Assembly: GCA_964471165.1 (NCBI GenBank)
Contig: CAYYEX010000003.1
Coordinates: forward strand, 1 to 54,761
Origin: an uncultured Candidatus Saccharibacteria bacterium
GTDB lineage: Bacteria > Patescibacteriota > Minisyncoccia > Phycocordibacterales > UBA2100
Direction of reading: 5' to 3'
DNA length: 54,761 nt
The notes beneath the pieces were generated by a model. It ran no database searches and was not told the DNA's origin. It was given only the letters and a program-made list of their open reading frames with translations. Position numbers and translations under genes: made by a program. Shown one piece after another: positions 30,184-38,525 of this stretch (position 1 is its first letter; each line of letters begins with the position of its first letter).

Positions 30184-31251
30184 ATGAAAAAGATTCGTGT
30201 CGCAATTCTTTTTGGCGGTAAATCCGCCGAGCACGAAGTGTCCCTTAAGTCGGCGCGTAACGTGGCCGAAGCAATCGATAAAGACAAATACGAGGTAGTG
30301 CTCATCGGTATCGACAAAGCGGGTCACTGGCTCCCCCCGGCAAAATCTTCACAGCTCTTGAAAGAAATCTCAGTACCTGCATCGGGCACGAGTATGGCCC
30401 TCGCGCCCGGAGAAAACGGCCTCATGCAGAGCACGGAAGAGCCGAATGCTGGTTCCATCGATGTGGTCTTCCCCATCTTGCACGGACCGTTTGGCGAAGA
30501 CGGCACGGTACAGGGGTTGCTGCGCCTCGCAAACGTTCCGTTCGTTGGAGCCGGAGTACTCGGTTCAGCAGTGGGAATGGATAAAGACGTAATGAAGCGG
30601 CTCCTGCGCGACGCAGGAGTTCCAATCGGCGCGTTCCTCACCGCAACAGAAACCACTCCAGTCGATTTTGAAACTGCAAAAACAAAACTTGGCTTGCCCT
30701 TGTTTATCAAACCCGCAAATCTCGGCTCCTCCGTTGGTGTGAGCAAAGTGGAAACAGAAGAAGGATTCAATACTGCAGTTGCCGAAGCGTTTTCATTTGA
30801 TACAAAAATCCTCATCGAGGCGTTTATCAAAGGCCGCGAGATTGAATGCTCGGTTCTGGGCAACGAATCGCCCATTGCCTCGCTCCCTGGAGAAGTTGTG
30901 GTACACAGCGACTTTTATTCCTACGAGTCGAAATATCTCGACGCGGAAGGGTCTTCAATACAAATCCCCGCAGACCTGCCAGCCGAGTTAATCAAAAAAG
31001 TTCAGGAAACCGCCGTGTGCGCCTACAAAGCGCTCTGCTGCGAAGGCATGGGCCGCGTTGACTCGTTTGTTACAGAAGACGGTCAGGTAATTGTGAACGA
31101 AATCAACACCATCCCGGGATTCACAAATATCAGTATGTACCCAAAAATGTGGGAGGCTTCGGGTGTGTCATATTCGGAACTTATCGACCGCCTCATCAAC
31201 CTTGCACTCGAACGCCACGAAAAACAGCAAAAATTGAGGACTCACAAATAG
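30184..31251 (+). CDS. ddl: D-alanine--D-alanine ligase
   Basis: MKKIRVAILFGGKSAEHEVSLKSA, an ATP-grasp core, and EINTIPGFTNISMYPKMW near the C-terminus. Confidence 0.93.
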   Translation: MKKIRVAILFGGKSAEHEVSLKSARNVAEAIDKDKYEVVLIGIDKAGHWLPPAKSSQLLKEISVPASGTSMALAPGENGLMQSTEEPNAGSIDVVFPILHGPFGEDGTVQGLLRLANVPFVGAGVLGSAVGMDKDVMKRLLRDAGVPIGAFLTATETTPVDFETAKTKLGLPLFIKPANLGSSVGVSKVETEEGFNTAVAEAFSFDTKILIEAFIKGREIECSVLGNESPIASLPGEVVVHSDFYSYESKYLDAEGSSIQIPADLPAELIKKVQETAVCAYKALCCEGMGRVDSFVTEDGQVIVNEINTIPGFTNISMYPKMWEASGVSYSELIDRLINLALERHEKQQKLRTHK

Positions 31252-31332
31252 CACTTGCGCGCGCTACGGAGCCCTCATATAGTTACGCCTAGGCCACCGC
31301 AAATGGGGGCTTTCACAGGGAGGCTGACTCGA

Positions 31333-31713
31333 ATGAGGGCATGCAACTTGCCGCACACTGCGCGCGACAAAAGCATCGAATTTCCCGGCAACATCTTCGG
31401 TGTGCCGAGCGAACTCGAACTCGCATTTTCCGACGTCCAGATTCACGAGCGCGTGAAGATCTGCGACACCGTCCTCGGTCATCTTTTGAAGCCCGACAAG
31501 GAACTGATCAACTCGCTGATCGCCACCGCAATCCGCGGCCGCTCCGATGCGGTCAGCCGGGAACACCGCGTGTTCTTCGTTTTCTGCACCGTCGCCGAAC
31601 ACGCTCGCAAGCGCAACGTTTCCCGAAGCAGCGTCATCGCGCAAATCGCAACCGCCAGATCGCTGAGCGCACTGCGGGATGTAACCGGCGTGCGGGAATC
31701 GATAACCGCCTGA
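31333..31713 (+). CDS. Hypothetical protein
   Basis: 20 codons from 31441 have G/C at 16 of 20 third positions in this frame. The antisense ORF 31264-31734 scores 11 of 20. The start is uncertain (ATG 31303 or 31333). Confidence 0.5.
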   Translation: MRACNLPHTARDKSIEFPGNIFGVPSELELAFSDVQIHERVKICDTVLGHLLKPDKELINSLIATAIRGRSDAVSREHRVFFVFCTVAEHARKRNVSRSSVIAQIATARSLSALRDVTGVRESITA

Positions 31714-31743
31714 CGGACATTCGTCACAGATCATTTAAAACCG

Positions 31744-31779
31744 AAACCCCGGAGCAGCGGCGCTGCTCCGGGGGGTTTT
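31744..31779. terminator. Strong bidirectional intrinsic terminator between convergent genes
   Basis: 12-bp GC-rich stem CCCCGGAGCAGC (31747-31758) / GCTGCTCCGGGG (31762-31773) with loop GGC. It is flanked by AAA and GGTTTT. Confidence 0.75.
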
Positions 31780-32440
31780 ATTTAATTTTGAGCCATCTAC
31801 TCCTACTTTCGGGCCACACGGCTGTAAGTTCGTGAACGGTGCAATCATGTTTGTGCGCTTTACAGACGTAGCGACCATAGAGCACAAATCCATTGTTCAC
31901 ATAGCGCCAATCTTTTTTCGGCACCAGACTCTCTAAGTCCTTTGAGATTTTGTACAAGTCGAGATTGTCCGACAAATCAAACCGATACGCAAAGCGCTTT
32001 ACATGAGTATCAGTCGGAATCCCCTCCCACATACCGTAGAGTTCGCCGAGCACAACATTGGCCGTCTTGTATGCAACTCCCGGGAGTGTAATTAACTCCG
32101 CTACCGACTTGGGAATCTGTCCCCCGAAATCGCGTTCGACTATCTTTGCTGCGCAAATAATCGCCTTTGCCTTATTGCGGAAAAACGTAACCGAGGAAAT
32201 TTCCTTTGTTAGTGTTTCCAAATCGGCATTGGCAAAATGCTTCACCGTTTTGTACTTCTTGAAAAGTGGTTCGGTGACACGATTCACCACTTTGTCGGTG
32301 CACTGTGCCGACATCAATACCGCAACCACCAGCTGAAACGGCGTTTTGTAATTGAGTTCTGTTTTCGGTTCCGGGTAGAATTTTTTTAGAAATGCGACAA
32401 TCTTTTTCGCTCGCGCCTTGCGCTCTTCGTGTTTCGTCAT
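31778..32440 (-). CDS. nth: Endonuclease III (HhH-GPD), with only two of the four usual Fe-S cysteines
   Basis: TPFQLVVAVLMSAQCTD, LPGVAYKTANVVL (catalytic Lys context) and IPTDTHVKRF (Asp). The C-terminus is YVCKAHKHDCTVHEL and lacks the full C-x6-C-x2-C-x5-C motif. Confidence 0.85.
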   Translation of the reverse strand: MTKHEERKARAKKIVAFLKKFYPEPKTELNYKTPFQLVVAVLMSAQCTDKVVNRVTEPLFKKYKTVKHFANADLETLTKEISSVTFFRNKAKAIICAAKIVERDFGGQIPKSVAELITLPGVAYKTANVVLGELYGMWEGIPTDTHVKRFAYRFDLSDNLDLYKISKDLESLVPKKDWRYVNNGFVLYGRYVCKAHKHDCTVHELTAVWPESRSRWLKIK

Positions 32441-32449
32441 CGGACCATC

Positions 32450-32953
32450 CTACTGGATGGTAATGGGGATTTCCACAGCGTCATCATGCTCGGGGAGGCC
32501 AGACGGGTTGTCTTTCAAAAGTATCAATGTTGCCGGGCCCTTGTATCCACCTTCAATGATGATTGTGGAAGAGAACCCGACCTGCTCGGTCGTCATCCAT
32601 TCACCAAGCGCGCTTGCAAAGGTGCGCGCAATCACATTACTGTCCTTGTCGCGCACCTGTATTGGAAACGATGCCTCAAAAAACCAGTTCCCTGGTGCCT
32701 CGCCTTTCACGGCAAATGTTGCGCCAACGGTTGTATTTGGCTTGGGGGTTGTCGTTATTACACGAGCCGAGAGCGGTTGGTCTGCAGCCGGTTTTACGGG
32801 CTCAGGTGCCACAACAGCAGGCTTCTCGGGAGTCGTCGTGGCTATAGGGCCCGTTTGGACCGATGGGAGCGTAAAGAGCATCGTCACCATGGCAATAATC
32901 ACGATAAAAAGCAGTATTGCTACTACCATCCAGATTTTTGCGGTTCTATCCAT
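32450..32953 (-). CDS. Membrane-anchored Gmad2 (Ig-like, GerM-associated) domain protein
   Basis: N-terminal TM segment and a Pro/Thr linker, followed by FAVKGEAPGNWFFEASFPIQVRDKDSNVIA...ATLILLKDNPSGLPEHD, which is typical of Gmad2. Confidence 0.65.
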   Translation of the reverse strand: MDRTAKIWMVVAILLFIVIIAMVTMLFTLPSVQTGPIATTTPEKPAVVAPEPVKPAADQPLSARVITTTPKPNTTVGATFAVKGEAPGNWFFEASFPIQVRDKDSNVIARTFASALGEWMTTEQVGFSSTIIIEGGYKGPATLILLKDNPSGLPEHDDAVEIPITIQ

Positions 32954-33037
32954 AGGGCTTATGACGGGTTAGTCCAATCGAAATTACAAGGCCTCTTAGC
33001 GTGGCTAATGTCAATATTTCTGATAGTATAGCCCGAA

Positions 33038-34030
33038 TTGTCTCATATGGCATCAAACAAAAAGCGCAAAAATGTCGTTGTTTTGGGCGGTGGAACCGGC
33101 ACGTTTACTGTGCTCACCGGCCTCAAAAACTACCCCGTAGACCTCACGGCGATTGTGACAATGTCGGACGATGGAGGTTCCACGGGGGTACTCCGTGATG
33201 AACTCGGCGTACTTCCACCGGGCGACGTGCGTCAGTGCTTAGTCGCACTCTCTACATCCGACGAGCTCATGCGCACACTCATGAACTACCGCTTTTCCCA
33301 AGGCGCTCTTAAGGGACACAGCTTTGGTAACTTGCTCCTCTCCGCACTCGAGAAAATTACCGGCGACTTTGACAGCGCTGTAGAGAAAGCGAGCGAGGTG
33401 CTTCGCATCCGCGGACGTGTCATCCCCTCCACACTCGACAAGGTTAAGCTCGCTGCAAAAGTGGGTGGCAAGACAGTGCGCGGAGAAAACATAATTCATA
33501 AAACAAAACTCAACGGTAATCTGGAGCGCATGTGGCTCGAACCACACGGACGAGCAAACCCCAAGGCTCTCGAAGCAGTGAAAAACGCCGACGTGATTGT
33601 TATCGGACCCGGCGACCTATTCTCGAGCCTCATTCCAAACCTGCTTGTAAAAGGTTTGCCGGAAGCGATTTGTAAGAGCAAGGCAACAAAGGTGCTCGTG
33701 TGCAATCTGATGTCGTATGAGAAGCATAGCAGGAACTTCTCCGTGGCCAACTTCACCGCGACAATCGAAAAGTACCTCGGTGGTGCGTTCGACGTGATTA
33801 TTTACAACAGCAAGACGCCGTCAAAATCGCTCGTGCAGCGATATGCCCGCGAAGGAGAAACCCTCACCCGACTCGAGCTCCCGGTTGATCGCACCGTTAT
33901 GGGCGAGGACCTCGTGGCAACTTCCGGCCTCCCGAAGCGACTCAAACACGATAAGATTGTTCGCTCGCTCATTCGCCACGACCCTGCGAAGCTCGCAGCG
34001 GTGATTGCAAAAATCGCCAAGGTTAAATAG
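33038..34030 (+). CDS. YvcK / CofD-family protein (gluconeogenesis factor-like, UPF0052)
   Basis: VVVLGGGTGTFTVLTGLK, IVTMSDDGGSTGVLRDELGVLPPGDVRQCLVAL and VIGPGDLFSSLIPNLLV. Confidence 0.85.
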   Translation: MSHMASNKKRKNVVVLGGGTGTFTVLTGLKNYPVDLTAIVTMSDDGGSTGVLRDELGVLPPGDVRQCLVALSTSDELMRTLMNYRFSQGALKGHSFGNLLLSALEKITGDFDSAVEKASEVLRIRGRVIPSTLDKVKLAAKVGGKTVRGENIIHKTKLNGNLERMWLEPHGRANPKALEAVKNADVIVIGPGDLFSSLIPNLLVKGLPEAICKSKATKVLVCNLMSYEKHSRNFSVANFTATIEKYLGGAFDVIIYNSKTPSKSLVQRYAREGETLTRLELPVDRTVMGEDLVATSGLPKRLKHDKIVRSLIRHDPAKLAAVIAKIAKVK

Positions 34031-34043
34031 CCCGCGATTCGAC

Positions 34044-34985
34044 TTAGCGCGTTACGCGCAAATAGGTGCGGTCATCTGCCGCAGCGTGTCCCTTCTTTGG
34101 TTTCATTGCGTGAATCGATCGCTCTGCGATGCCAAGCGGGTCCGTACGTTCAACTGTTTGGAGTGCGGTTTCTGTTTCCTGCAGTGAATTGCGCAGTGTC
34201 GACGGTGGGTAGCCATCGCTTGCCAACACAATTGATTTTGCCTCCACGGGCACGGATATGTGTTCAACATACTGCTCTGGAATATCTCTGCCATCTACTA
34301 CCGCATACCCCCACTCTGGCGCATCTGGATTATTTGCATACTGATTTTGCCACTCACGCAGCTCTTGTGCACGCGCGCTGACAGGGTCATGCTCTACGAG
34401 CTCCTCATCACTCACACCATCTGCTCGCGCTCGTTCAATCGCGTGTTTGCGAATTGCTGCACGCCTCACGTCTGGTGGAATTCCGGGATTGTATCCAACA
34501 CCATCAAGCAGGTACGAGCAGTCGCCGATGCGTACAATTCTGTTTTGTTTTGGAAAAAATAGTACACAGACAAAGCTCGGATTTCCCGGTACCTCAGTTT
34601 GTGCAACCGCTTCGCGCAATCGTTCGGTGAGGAACACTGCTGCATCCTCGGCCTTTAAATCTGTAGCGGAGCGGAGTGCATCGATAGCAATACGAATCGC
34701 AAATTGTGCGGGCGTCTCCCCGTCTACCGATTTAGGATTTTTTGGAGTCGAAACACCATCGAGAACTGCAACACAGTGCTCAGTTACGAGGAACGCGTCT
34801 TCCGTGCCGCGCACCTCGTCGCGCGCCTCAGAAAACTGATCCATGAGCTTCCACTCACCTTGTTTCTCGGCATTCTCCCGGGATTTATCGGTGAGACGAA
34901 GCTTTTCCATGCGGCGAGTATACCCCGTGGGATAAATACTTCCGAGCGCTGCAACAAATTCTTTTCTGTCTATCCCATGGGGCAT
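34044..34985 (-). CDS. Hypothetical protein, PP2C-like phosphatase fold suspected
   Basis: DAFLVTEHCVAVLDGVS, IVLASDGYP and a C-terminal DDRTYLRVT resemble PP2C motifs with degenerate metal ligands. Confidence 0.4.
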   Translation of the reverse strand: MPHGIDRKEFVAALGSIYPTGYTRRMEKLRLTDKSRENAEKQGEWKLMDQFSEARDEVRGTEDAFLVTEHCVAVLDGVSTPKNPKSVDGETPAQFAIRIAIDALRSATDLKAEDAAVFLTERLREAVAQTEVPGNPSFVCVLFFPKQNRIVRIGDCSYLLDGVGYNPGIPPDVRRAAIRKHAIERARADGVSDEELVEHDPVSARAQELREWQNQYANNPDAPEWGYAVVDGRDIPEQYVEHISVPVEAKSIVLASDGYPPSTLRNSLQETETALQTVERTDPLGIAERSIHAMKPKKGHAAADDRTYLRVTR

Positions 34986-35052
34986 ATCAGAGCCGGAGTT
35001 TTCCCCTTGCAGGGATTTGTGCGGCTGTTACCATGCGACCTACAGCTGAATA

Positions 35053-35151
35053 TCGTATCAAGAGCGCGGTGAAAGTTCTGGCTTTATGAACCGCCGGCAA
35101 CCCTGACTTCAAAATCAGAAGGTGCCCTCCAGACCCTTTCGGGAGATACAT
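35053..35151 (+). promoter_or_regulatory. SAM-I (S-box) riboswitch aptamer upstream of metK
   Basis: GUAUCAAGAG..GCGGUGAAAG..AUGAACCGCCGGCAACC, a P3 hairpin CUGA-CUUCAAAA-UCAG, AAGGUGCC, a P4 hairpin CCC-UUUC-GGG, and AGAUAC closing P1 with GUAUC. The order and conserved strings match the SAM-I consensus from memory. Confidence 0.8.
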
Positions 35152-35161
35152 TTGTCGATGC

Positions 35162-35191
35162 ATCTCCCCACAGGGAGATATCTGCTTTTTT
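35162..35191 (+). terminator. Riboswitch expression-platform terminator (AUCUCCC / GGGAGAU stem, then AUCUGC-U6)
   Basis: AUCUCCC (35162-35168) can pair either with GGGAGAU at 35141-35147, which is the 3' side of P1 (antiterminator), or with GGGAGAU at 35173-35179 (terminator), followed by the U-run at 35186-35191. Confidence 0.55.
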
Positions 35192-35308
35192 AGAAGCTGT
35201 TTGAGCGAAACGAATTACAGATTCTTAATCCGCCCAAATTTTCCCTCCGGAAAATTTAGGAGGATATAAGATTTTCTAAACTCGCAAGCTACGTTAAGTA
35301 AATCTAAT

Positions 35309-36361
35309 ATGTTCCATTCATTAGCGCGCTACACGACAGAGTCGGTAACCTCCGGTCACCCGGACAAAGTATGCGATCAGATTTCTGATGCAATACTCGA
35401 CGCCTGCCTCGCGCAAGACCCAAAGAGCCGCGTTGCGGTTGAATCATTCGGTAGCCACGGCACACTCATGCTCGGCGGCGAACTCACCACAACTGCCGTG
35501 ATTGATGCCGAGGCAATCGCTCGAAAAGTTTACAAAGACATCGGTTACACCGATGAGTTGAAAGTACTCAACACAATCGTTACTCAGTCCCCCGACATTT
35601 CTCAGGGAGTGGACACCGGCGGCGCCGGCGACCAGGGAATCATGTATGGATTCGCAACCGACGAAACACCAGAAATGCTTCCGCTCGGCGTTGTGCTCGC
35701 ACACGCCCTTGCGCGCAAGCTCGAAGCAGTTCGTCGCGACAACACACTCGAGTGGGTAAAGCCTGACGGAAAAACACAGGTTACCATCGACGATGGTGCA
35801 GTACTTACCGCTCTCATTTCTACGCAGCACGACGAGGCTGTCTCGCAAGAGGAAATCCGCGAGAAGCTCATCAAAGAGGTGTTCACACCGATTCTCGGCG
35901 ACGTTTCTGAAATCGAAATCCTCGTCAACCCTACAGGCAAGTTCGTGCTCGGTGGGTTTGCAGCAGACGCCGGACTCACTGGTCGTAAAATCATGGTTGA
36001 TACCTACGGCGGACTCATGCCCCACGGAGGCGGTGCATTCTCCGGTAAAGACTCCACCAAGGTGGACCGCTCTGCCGCATACATGTGCCGCTTTGCAGCG
36101 AAAAACCTCGTTGCAAATGGACATGCAAAAAAGGCTATCGTTTCTGTTGCCTACGCTATCGGTCGTGTGGAGCCGGTGATGATTGAAGCGTTCGATGACG
36201 AAGGCAACAATCTGACCGACCTCGTAACCAAAAACTTCGACTTCCGCCCACAGGCAATCATCGAACGCCTTGGTTTGCGAAAGCCAATCTTTCAGGCAAC
36301 GGCAGCCTACGGACACTTTGGTGTTGCGGGCCGCTCGTGGGAAGAAATCGTAAAAATCTAA
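35309..36361 (+). CDS. metK: S-adenosylmethionine synthetase
   Basis: ESVTSGHPDKVCDQISDAILD, GAGDQGIMYGFA and DTYGGLMPHGGGAFSGKDSTKVDRSAAY. Confidence 0.95.
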   Translation: MFHSLARYTTESVTSGHPDKVCDQISDAILDACLAQDPKSRVAVESFGSHGTLMLGGELTTTAVIDAEAIARKVYKDIGYTDELKVLNTIVTQSPDISQGVDTGGAGDQGIMYGFATDETPEMLPLGVVLAHALARKLEAVRRDNTLEWVKPDGKTQVTIDDGAVLTALISTQHDEAVSQEEIREKLIKEVFTPILGDVSEIEILVNPTGKFVLGGFAADAGLTGRKIMVDTYGGLMPHGGGAFSGKDSTKVDRSAAYMCRFAAKNLVANGHAKKAIVSVAYAIGRVEPVMIEAFDDEGNNLTDLVTKNFDFRPQAIIERLGLRKPIFQATAAYGHFGVAGRSWEEIVKI

Positions 36362-36389
36362 CTACGCTCGATTGTATCGAAAAAGAATT

Positions 36390-36422
36390 GACCGTGCGGC
36401 GCGAGCCGCACGGTCTTTTTTT
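36390..36422. terminator. Strong intrinsic terminator after metK (also serves the convergent gene)
   Basis: Stem GACCGTGCGGC / GCCGCACGGTC with loop GCGA, followed by T7. An A-rich stretch lies upstream. Confidence 0.85.
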
Positions 36423-36442
36423 ATTCGCAGTGCAAACCGCGA

Positions 36443-37657
36443 TTATCGGTGAACGACAGGAATCTGGATACAGTCGGGTGCGCCATGCACTTTCTTGTCC
36501 GGGCGTCCGGTAACTTCAACGCCCACCAATCCCGTTTCACTTATCTGAGCTGTGATACGCAGAAAGTACTCTTTGAAGTGCCCCTTCGTATCACTCTCGT
36601 CGAGATACACCGGAATCCGAATAGACTCTTGCTGCACACTGTGCTGGAGAATCCACGACGGGCGCTTCATCTCACGTGCCTCGGCATATTTTGCGGCAAA
36701 GAGCTGGGCGTCGTCGTCGGAAAAGATGACCTGCTTGAGTCCCGAGGACATCACCCCCTTGAGCACTGTCGGCGTGCCGTTTGCGATGCTTGCTGGGTCA
36801 GTTTTCTTGCTCACCAGCGAGCAGCTCGGAATAAACTGCGACATGCCCGCCTGCTGCGAAAGAAACGGCAGAAAGGCTTTCGACCCCAGATACGCAGCCG
36901 GCGGATAGAGCGTTTTCAACTCACCAGAACGATAACGCGCAACCAGTCGCGCGCGGCCTTCGATATTCCGGTTGAGCGATTCCGGAATAATGAGCACATG
37001 CTCGCCGACGAGCTCATCGTTGCTGATATCGCACTCGTCGACAATGTTCGTGGTAACGCCTTGCCGCGTGAGCGATGCCTGCAACACGTGCAACGCCGGT
37101 TTGTAGAAACGCTCCATTTCTGAAACGATAATCGTCCACGAAGCAGCGCCGCCGCAGGCTTTCATCATCCTGGCAACCGCTGCAACACCACCGCCAACAG
37201 GGGGATGGTATTTCGGAAGCGATTCGTCGAGCAGCGCCATGAATGCGAGGCCGCGTGGATTGTATGCGTCAACCTCCGCGATGCGGTAACAGCCGTCAGT
37301 ATCCTGCATCATGTCCACTTTCATTATCGGGGGCACCGCGCCGCCGATGTCTTTGGGCCCGAGGAGTCCACGAATGCCCGCGTTTGCAAGCGCAAGGAAC
37401 TGCGCGTCGCTGTTTGTGAGCGAGCGCTCCTGCGACAATGCGCTCAGTCGCTCGCTCAACGTACGCATGGCCGCATACACGGTACGCGCAAGCACTTCGA
37501 GCTGCTGGCTCTGCGTGCACGTGAGCGCATACGCCGCAGGCGAGAGCACATAGGTATTCTTGCGCCTGAGTTCCTGGGTTGCCCAGTAACCAATCGAAAC
37601 GAGATAGGAATCGATTTCGCTACGCGGAATCCAGAGATGTTTTACTTGGCCAGCCAT
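36443..37657 (-). CDS. Hypothetical protein, possibly a circularly permuted ATP-grasp enzyme
   Basis: PIMKVDMMQDTDGCYRIAEVDAYNPRG resembles the Mg-binding E-x-N strand of ATP-grasp enzymes but sits near the N-terminus. VLKGVMSSGLKQVIF and WILQHSVQ come later in the chain. Confidence 0.35.
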   Translation of the reverse strand: MAGQVKHLWIPRSEIDSYLVSIGYWATQELRRKNTYVLSPAAYALTCTQSQQLEVLARTVYAAMRTLSERLSALSQERSLTNSDAQFLALANAGIRGLLGPKDIGGAVPPIMKVDMMQDTDGCYRIAEVDAYNPRGLAFMALLDESLPKYHPPVGGGVAAVARMMKACGGAASWTIIVSEMERFYKPALHVLQASLTRQGVTTNIVDECDISNDELVGEHVLIIPESLNRNIEGRARLVARYRSGELKTLYPPAAYLGSKAFLPFLSQQAGMSQFIPSCSLVSKKTDPASIANGTPTVLKGVMSSGLKQVIFSDDDAQLFAAKYAEAREMKRPSWILQHSVQQESIRIPVYLDESDTKGHFKEYFLRITAQISETGLVGVEVTGRPDKKVHGAPDCIQIPVVHR

Positions 37658-37741
37658 CGGCAGTTTCCTTTTTTGAAAGATCTCGGTGTCTCACGGACAC
37701 CATGTTGGCGGTTTCTAGACCCCGCCAACATGGCAGCCGCG

Positions 37742-38176
37742 TTATTTTGCGAGCGCCTCAACTTCGGAAAGTGCAGTAACCGTCTGCCACGGCTCCTCTT
37801 GGGCCCGCTCCGGAGTACAGTGGGCAAACTTTCCATTTTTAAATCGTATGGTTTTGGCTCCAACTACATTCCCATGTGTGATTTCTTCGTAGATGTAGTC
37901 ACCGATTACATACGTTTCCCCCGGGCTACTACGGTGCCGGTGAATAATTTCTCGAAATAGTTCTGCGCTCTTTTTCTCCGTAAAAATTACTTCTGCGAAA
38001 AAATGCCTGATACCAAGCATGTCGAGTGCCCCGTCGCGCCCGGGTTCATTTTTTGATACCAAGACCACGGTCATTCGTTCCTTGAGCATTGCAAGCATTG
38101 CGCGTGCACCGGGTATGAGCATCCCAGCTTCAGGATCGTAGACTGTTCTATTGAAGTCGATGATTGCAAGTTTCAT
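37742..38176 (-). CDS. Small HAD-superfamily hydrolase
   Basis: MKLAIIDFNRTVYD (motif I variant), VLVSKN, and GETYVIGDYIYEEI (motif IV). Confidence 0.6.
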   Translation of the reverse strand: MKLAIIDFNRTVYDPEAGMLIPGARAMLAMLKERMTVVLVSKNEPGRDGALDMLGIRHFFAEVIFTEKKSAELFREIIHRHRSSPGETYVIGDYIYEEITHGNVVGAKTIRFKNGKFAHCTPERAQEEPWQTVTALSEVEALAK

Positions 38177-38199
38177 ATTATTTGTGGTGTACGTGGATT

Positions 38200-38233
38200 A
38201 AAAAAACGAGCCCGCTCGGAAGAGCGGGCTCGT
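38200..38233 (-). terminator. Strong minus-strand intrinsic terminator, 24 nt upstream of the HAD gene start
   Basis: Minus strand reads ACGAGCCCGCUC-UUCC-GAGCGGGCUCGU followed by U7. Confidence 0.8.
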
Positions 38234-38379
38234 TTGGGTGCACTTTTTTATGGAGTTATGCGCGCAATACGATGCCTGCCTCTGCCGAGGTGTGTGAATA
38301 AGTATACGTATGACGCCAAGATGACATATCCTGAAGCTATCATAGGTTTAATTTCGTGCAAGGAAACGCGCATTCGTGC

Positions 38380-38417
38380 AAAAAAAGCCCGGGTTACCTG
38401 ATTCAGGTTCCCGGGTC
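38380..38417 (-). terminator. Minus-strand intrinsic terminator about 110 nt downstream of the glmS stop
   Basis: Minus strand reads GACCCGGGAACCUG-AAU-CAGGUAACCCGGGC followed by U7. The stem has one mismatch and one bulge. Confidence 0.7.
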
Positions 38418-38525
38418 TTCAGTTTCCCTTCCTCACTCGCGCGTTCTATGGCGCGTTGGGGGCGCGGCCTCAACCTGCCCCACGTATATTGTACCCAGTA
38501 TTGCCAAGGCACGATGAACCTACGC

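Noticed and set aside
29646-30317. 223-aa minus-strand ORF.
   Set aside because: It runs antisense into the 5' end of ddl and has an Arg/Ala/Ser/Cys-rich composition.
31264-31835. 156-aa minus-strand and 164-aa plus-strand alternative ORFs overlapping 31333-31713.
   Set aside because: In the third-position G/C test on 20 codons, the chosen plus-strand frame scores 16 of 20 and the minus-strand ORF scores 11 of 20. The other plus-strand frame is extremely Arg-rich.
35444-36316. 290-aa minus-strand ORF antisense to metK, and the 130-aa and 128-aa ORFs nearby.
   Set aside because: metK is unambiguous.
36449-37960. 224-aa and 251-aa plus-strand ORFs opposite the ATP-grasp-like and HAD genes.
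   Set aside because: Both are Arg-rich and span the intergenic gap between the two minus-strand genes. I judged them antisense artefacts.
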